Shown here one piece after another: positions 59,262-64,000 of a stretch of 64,000 nucleotides of DNA. This DNA is from Patescibacteria group bacterium (lineage in GTDB: Bacteria > Patescibacteriota > Patescibacteriia > JBAZBY01): positions 30,338-94,337 of the forward strand of contig JBAZBY010000001.1 of NCBI GenBank assembly GCA_041671225.1, read 5' to 3'. The notes beneath the pieces are model-generated. The model did no database searches, was not told the origin of the DNA, and worked only from the letters and a program-made list of their open reading frames with translations. The translations under genes were made by a program, and so were the position numbers. Every line of letters starts with the position of its first letter. The first letter of the stretch is position 1.

Positions 59262-60173
59262 TTACTGCGTGGTGACGAACTGCTCCAATGATACAAAACT
59301 CTTGCCATCATCACGCAGCAGGCGAATGATCTCCGGCAACGCATTAGGCGTCGGGTCTGACCCGATGTGAATCAGAATGAGTCCGTTGGTGATCACGGCG
59401 TCGGTAACGCGAGAAATCACATCAAAACTCGTCGCGCCTGCCTGCCAATCAAGCGCATCCACGCTCCAGAGAACCGGACAATAGCCAGCGCTCACCACTG
59501 CATCAAATGTCGCATCATCAATCGCTCCGAATGGTGGACGCATGAACGGCTGCGTCGATCGGCCCGTAATGCCAGAAATAGTCTCATTCCCCTGTTCCAG
59601 TTCTTGAAGAATCGCGTCTTCAGAAAGCTCAGTAAGGTCCTCCTGTGATTGCGTCTGATTGTAGATAGGAAAACCGGCATCGGTAATCGCCTGTATGACG
59701 TCGGTGTGATCCTCTGCCCAGTTACCAGCAACAAAAAAAGCAGCCGGAACATTCTCCGTCGTCAGCGTATTGAGTACTGTCTGATACCCATCAGCATTTT
59801 GACGAAGTCCAAAGGTGAGCAAAACCTCGTTTGCACCCGGCCGGGAAATGATCTGATCACATTGTTCGCTCGGCGTGTAGTCTGCAAGGACAGCATCAAT
59901 ACTTTCAAAAGACGCCGCAGTGGGTTCTGCCGGTGTCTCTTCGCTACTGTTTGTATTGCTATTCGTGTTGCTGTTCGTGTTCGTCTGCTCCTCTATGGCA
60001 GTCGCTTCTGTCGTCGTATTCACTTCCGGAGCTTTTTTATCGCCACCGGTGAATAAGGTAATGATAAAAATTCCCGCAATGATAATCACGGCCCACCCGA
60101 TCAATTTCTTGGGTGCGGTGTGTGATTCACGGCGGTTCACGCGATACCGTTGATAGTCCTGCATCGTCGCCAT
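59262..60173 (-). CDS. polysaccharide deacetylase (CE4/NodB-homology) with N-terminal TM anchor
   Basis: NodB-domain layout with a conserved His-containing C-terminal region (LILIHIGSD). Low-complexity TNTNSNTNSNTNS linker. Confidence 0.7.
   Translation of the reverse strand: MATMQDYQRYRVNRRESHTAPKKLIGWAVIIIAGIFIITLFTGGDKKAPEVNTTTEATAIEEQTNTNSNTNSNTNSSEETPAEPTAASFESIDAVLADYTPSEQCDQIISRPGANEVLLTFGLRQNADGYQTVLNTLTTENVPAAFFVAGNWAEDHTDVIQAITDAGFPIYNQTQSQEDLTELSEDAILQELEQGNETISGITGRSTQPFMRPPFGAIDDATFDAVVSAGYCPVLWSVDALDWQAGATSFDVISRVTDAVITNGLILIHIGSDPTPNALPEIIRLLRDDGKSFVSLEQFVTTQ
59953..59990. repeat. imperfect 12-nt tandem repeat encoding a (TNS)n linker
   Basis: ttgctattcgtg / ttgctgttcgtg / ttcgtc on the plus strand, inside CDS 59262..60173. 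Confidence 0.5.
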
Positions 60174-60215
60174 ACTATTCGAGTATAGTGAAAAGCTCGC
60201 CTGAGGGCAATGTCT

Positions 60216-60746
60216 TCAATTGCTGACGGTAAGCGCTACGCGCTTCTTTTGCAGCGCAAAAACAAGTTCAAAAACGCCAACAAGCGCGGCAGTATAGATA
60301 AGATCGCCAGTCAGCATAGTACGGAAGAACGGCAGCGCCATTTCATACGATAACAACAACCCGCTGAAATCCTTTGTATACATGACCGTAAACTGCCACA
60401 CGGCCCAGTTTGTCACGAGAAAAAATAATGTGGACCCCGCGAGCGCACCTCCAATAATCCGTGTAGAAATTTCTGTGCGGCGCAAAAAGACACCAATAAG
60501 CACTGCCGCGGCAAAAGAACCCCACGTAAAAAGCACAATGTTATGCCAGCCAAGAAACACGTCACTCACAACCATTGTCAGTACCGGCACAAGCGCCACC
60601 CACTTCCCGCGAAAGTACATTCCAGAAACGAGCGCAATCGCCGTCAGTGGCGTGAAGTTCGCTGGATGCGGAACCATTCGCATCACAACGCCAAAAACAA
60701 GAAGACTGAATGCAAGTAAGAGCGTTGTTTTAAATGAAAATCTCAT
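60216..60746 (-). CDS. hypothetical 5-6 TM membrane protein (possible small substrate-uptake component)
   Basis: 176 aa and hydrophobic. Located between the deacetylase and cobA genes. Confidence 0.45.
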   Translation of the reverse strand: MRFSFKTTLLLAFSLLVFGVVMRMVPHPANFTPLTAIALVSGMYFRGKWVALVPVLTMVVSDVFLGWHNIVLFTWGSFAAAVLIGVFLRRTEISTRIIGGALAGSTLFFLVTNWAVWQFTVMYTKDFSGLLLSYEMALPFFRTMLTGDLIYTAALVGVFELVFALQKKRVALTVSN

Positions 60747-60750
60747 ATCG

Positions 60751-61335
60751 TTAAAAGTCTATTCCTTTTTGCGCTAGGATACCCTGATAATAGGGATGCT
60801 TGATCATCTTCATTTCTGTGACGAGGTGTGCCTGTTTTTCAAGCGTAGGATAGCGGTCATGACCGGTAATGACAAGGGTCACGCGCTCTGGACGTACGCG
60901 CATAAGCCCTGCAACGTCGCGCACGCTCAGAAGGTTTGCCTCAACAGCAGAGACAGCCTCATCACAGACCACGACATCATACATCCCAGATGTCAGAAGT
61001 TTCTTTACCTTCGTGAGGCCATGTTTTGCTGCAGTAACATGCACACGGCGTGGCTTTGTGTCATCAAGAATGCCAACAAACCCTTCACCAACAGCCTCAA
61101 CCGTGATACCAGGAATCTTCACCAAGCTTTTGCGTTCGCCAGATGGCCATGTGCCCTTCATGAATTGAAAGTACAACACCTTGAGTCCATACGCGGCGGC
61201 GCGCACCGCAATGCCTATTGCTGCTGTGGTCTTTCCTTTTCCATCACCATAATAGTAAATGGCGAGGCCAGTTTTGCGATGCTTTCCTTTGGGAGCCTTT
61301 GTACGGCGACCCTTATCCGCACTTGGAGAAGCCAC
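60751..61335 (-). CDS. cobA: cob(I)alamin adenosyltransferase (CobA/BtuR type)
   Basis: P-loop YYYGDGKGKTTAAIG and overall CobA-family length. 23-nt overlap with the nrdJ 3' end. Confidence 0.85.
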   Translation of the reverse strand: MASPSADKGRRTKAPKGKHRKTGLAIYYYGDGKGKTTAAIGIAVRAAAYGLKVLYFQFMKGTWPSGERKSLVKIPGITVEAVGEGFVGILDDTKPRRVHVTAAKHGLTKVKKLLTSGMYDVVVCDEAVSAVEANLLSVRDVAGLMRVRPERVTLVITGHDRYPTLEKQAHLVTEMKMIKHPYYQGILAQKGIDF

Positions 61336-63886
61336 AGCTCATACACTTCATGCAACCCTCAGTAAAGTTCAAACGTGCACTGCAATCAGGACATACTGGT
61401 GCGTGACCAAGATCGGCAATGGAAATAGGCTTCTTTGTGTATGCAGTCGTTGGGTTCTCACTTCGTTCTGTTTTTGCAACTACCTCCTGAGAGGTGAATC
61501 CAAATTCTACCTTTGTCGCGGCTTCTGCTGTTCCTGCTGCTGACGGAGCTACCTTCTTTTGTTCTCCTACTCCGCTCTCATAGTGCAAATCAAGCTGCGG
61601 CTGATCACCCTTTATGTGACGCGCCAACACTTTTGCAATCGCGTCCGGCAAAGAGAGCACCTGTCCACCTTCATGCCAGAAGATATCTGGTCCACGAATG
61701 CCTTGCAGCTGCTTGATAATTTCCTCAGGCTTCACCCCGGTGGAGAGAGCTAATGAGATCAAACGACAAAGTGATTCGGTTTGTGTGGCAAAGAATCCTC
61801 CGGTCTTGCCGATGGTGGCAAACACTTCAAAGGGGCTGTTGTTTTCATCATTATTCACGGTGATGTAGAGGTTACCGTAGGGGGTTGGCATTTTGTATGT
61901 ACGACCGACCATAACGTCTGGCCGTGTACGCGGAGTGAGTGTTGGACTTCCTGCGAGCGCGGTACTTGCTGTTGCTTTTTCTTTTACCGTCTCTTTGGTC
62001 TTCGAATCATTGAGGTTCAAAACTTGCAGATCACGAGATTTGTCACGATACACCGTGCAACCCTTACAGCGGAGTTCCCATGCAAGCAGGTACCCCTGCA
62101 GTACATCTTCTTTTGTCGCATCCTGCTTAAAATTGATGGTCTTTGAAATGGAGTTATCGACGTGGCGCTGGAATGCTGCCTGCATCCGTGTGTGATCTTC
62201 TGGAGAAATATCCATGGCGACCGTAAAAACACGCTTGATATCCTCTGGGATCTCTTTGATATCCTGCAAGCTACCCTTCTCAATGATCTTATCCATGAGT
62301 TCCTTTGAATACACTCCGGCTTCTTCCAATGCGTCCTTCAAATGCTTGTTCACATATTGGAGCTCTGTTTTACCACCAAGAATGCCTTTGTAGTGATATG
62401 CCAATGCAAAGTACGGCTCTACCCCGCCTGAAACATCAAAGAACATAGCAATGGTGCCAGTCGGCGCAATGGTCGTGCGTGCAGCATTGCGCATCTTGAT
62501 GCCCTGCTCTTTGTAAATAGAAAGGTCGTAGTTTGGGAAACTGCACTTCTCTTCTGCAAGCTCCTGCGACATCTTGAAAGATTCTTCCTGAATAGTGCCC
62601 ATCACTTCTTCTGCGACCTGGCGACCTTCTGGTGAGTTATAGGGAATGCGAAGCTTGAGCAACATGTCGGCAAATCCCATAATGCCAAGTCCGAAACGAC
62701 GGTTCGATTTTGCGGTTTTGTTTACGCGCTCTGCTGGGAAGTTGGAGATATCGACAACATTATCGAGCAAGCGTGTCGCGGTACGCGTTACCTGGCGAAG
62801 ACGATCAAAATCAATGGTGCGATCCTTTGTCACGAATTGTTCAAGGACAATGGAACCAAGGTTGCAGACATCACTGTCATGAAGAAACTGCTCACCACAT
62901 GGGTTGCATGCCTCAATACGACCAAGCCCGGGAATGGGATTGGTCTTATTCACTTCATCAAGGAACACGCAGCCCGGCTCGCCATTGTTCCACGCCGCAT
63001 CCACGATCTCTTCAAAGAGTTCCCGAGCGGTCATGGTTACTTCCTCGATCTCAATGGCTGTTTCTCCTCCAGCGCGCGTAATACGTCGCGGCTTTATTTT
63101 TTGATCCTTCCATTCACAAAACCACGGATTTGGATCATTATCCTTTACTGCCTGCATGAATTTGTCCGTCAGGCCTACGGAAATATTGAAGTTCTTAATA
63201 TCGCCTTCTTTCTTCTTGCAATGCACGAACTCAAGTATGTCTGGATGGTCAACGCGCATCACCGCCATATTAGCGCCATGACGATTCTGTTGCTTAATCA
63301 CGCCAAACGCTTGATCAAATACCCGCAGGAAGGAGATCGGGCCAGATGCCTGCCCTTTGGAACGCTTTGTGTTGGAGCCTGCCGGACGCATGAGGTGCAG
63401 GGGAAAACCCAAACCAGAACCAGCCTGCTGGAGCAGTGATGCATCTTTAAGCGTGCCAAAAATAGATTCCATGGAATCCTGCACGTTCAATACAATGCAG
63501 TTTGCAACAACTGGCGTGTCCGCGCCTGCGTTTGTGAGGGTTCGCCCAGCTGGGGTGAACTCCTTGCGCATCATCACACTATAAAACTCATCCGCAATTT
63601 CCTTCACTTCCGCTTCCGATTTGCCATAATCCTTCTCAACACCGGCCAAAGCATCGGCCACGCGACGAAGCGCTTCCTCTGGTTCTTCTATTTCACCATT
63701 TTCTTTCTCAAGCGCATAGCGACGCTTAAAAACCTCCAACGCATTATCAGTAATAGCAAAACGTTCAGGGACACTCACCTTTTCTGTATGTTTACCATTA
63801 CTCCCGTTCCGAAATGAACGGGTTAAGATATCCTTCAGGCGTTCCTCAATGGATACGGAATCTACCTTCTGTGGTGCGTCGGACAT
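61313..63886 (-). CDS. nrdJ: adenosylcobalamin-dependent ribonucleotide reductase (class II) with C-terminal Cys4 zinc ribbon
   Basis: Class II RNR core (NPCGEQ active-site Cys loop; VDAAWNNGEPGCVF). C-terminal CPDCSARLNFTEGCMKCMSCGFSKCG. Start set at ATG 63886 (MSDAPQKV), preceded by a GGAGG Shine-Dalgarno; the ORF track starts at 63943. Confidence 0.92.
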   Translation of the reverse strand: MSDAPQKVDSVSIEERLKDILTRSFRNGSNGKHTEKVSVPERFAITDNALEVFKRRYALEKENGEIEEPEEALRRVADALAGVEKDYGKSEAEVKEIADEFYSVMMRKEFTPAGRTLTNAGADTPVVANCIVLNVQDSMESIFGTLKDASLLQQAGSGLGFPLHLMRPAGSNTKRSKGQASGPISFLRVFDQAFGVIKQQNRHGANMAVMRVDHPDILEFVHCKKKEGDIKNFNISVGLTDKFMQAVKDNDPNPWFCEWKDQKIKPRRITRAGGETAIEIEEVTMTARELFEEIVDAAWNNGEPGCVFLDEVNKTNPIPGLGRIEACNPCGEQFLHDSDVCNLGSIVLEQFVTKDRTIDFDRLRQVTRTATRLLDNVVDISNFPAERVNKTAKSNRRFGLGIMGFADMLLKLRIPYNSPEGRQVAEEVMGTIQEESFKMSQELAEEKCSFPNYDLSIYKEQGIKMRNAARTTIAPTGTIAMFFDVSGGVEPYFALAYHYKGILGGKTELQYVNKHLKDALEEAGVYSKELMDKIIEKGSLQDIKEIPEDIKRVFTVAMDISPEDHTRMQAAFQRHVDNSISKTINFKQDATKEDVLQGYLLAWELRCKGCTVYRDKSRDLQVLNLNDSKTKETVKEKATASTALAGSPTLTPRTRPDVMVGRTYKMPTPYGNLYITVNNDENNSPFEVFATIGKTGGFFATQTESLCRLISLALSTGVKPEEIIKQLQGIRGPDIFWHEGGQVLSLPDAIAKVLARHIKGDQPQLDLHYESGVGEQKKVAPSAAGTAEAATKVEFGFTSQEVVAKTERSENPTTAYTKKPISIADLGHAPVCPDCSARLNFTEGCMKCMSCGFSKCG

Positions 63887-64000
63887 AGTACCTCCAAAAA
63901 GATTAATCGGACAGAAGAAAAGCGTGAGATGCGTGCCGTGCACTCCCTCGCCCTTCCCCCGTCTTGTAAGTGATCAACGTTTACTTTTTGCCTTTCTTCC

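Noticed and set aside
63887-64000. Possible cobalamin riboswitch or NrdR box in the nrdJ leader.
   Set aside because: The window ends 114 nt upstream of the start; no B12-box (GCCACUG-like) or NrdR palindrome is visible in the available leader.

Overview
This 64-kb window is gene-dense (about 90% coding, mostly on the minus strand) and reads with the standard genetic code. Gene content is consistent with a small-genome, uncultivated bacterium (CPR/Patescibacteria-like); that placement is inference only. Housekeeping content: pheS-pheT; a complete F1Fo ATP synthase operon (atpI/Z-B-E-F-H-A-G-D-[Nudix-like]-C); guaA/guaB divergent pair with an adjacent amidohydrolase; rmuC-tatD-cvpA; metG, glyQS, ileS, argS; recO; smpB followed by a tmRNA (ssrA) that I identified by hand; infC-rpmI-rplT; tRNA-Asp(GUC); prfB with its programmed +1 frameshift; htrA; a split comEC; and a B12-type ribonucleotide reductase (nrdJ) next to a cob(I)alamin adenosyltransferase. 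The ORF track omits genes truncated by the window edge (pheT at 1..2054) and cannot see RNA genes. Several of its ORFs are inflated by upstream extension through RNAs or neighbouring genes. Notable accessory or unusual content: (i) a GC-rich (about 62-70% GC versus about 45-55% elsewhere) five-gene block at 50.2-54.4 kb encoding uncharacterised membrane and envelope proteins, linked to a 1110-aa NHL/FG-GAP surface protein; (ii) a membrane-anchored ClpC-like ATPase whose first AAA+ module has lost its Walker A/B catalytic residues; (iii) a 1.1-kb GC-rich non-coding block between the atp operon and guaA, with long hairpins and a tandem near-palindromic repeat, of unresolved identity; (iv) a degenerate Nudix-like gene translationally coupled inside the atp operon; (v) a perfect 16-bp inverted repeat element between a GT4 glycosyltransferase gene and a DUF167 gene; (vi) a 20-nt motif shared by the 5' leaders of atpB and cvpA. 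No CRISPR array, transposase or integrase was seen.
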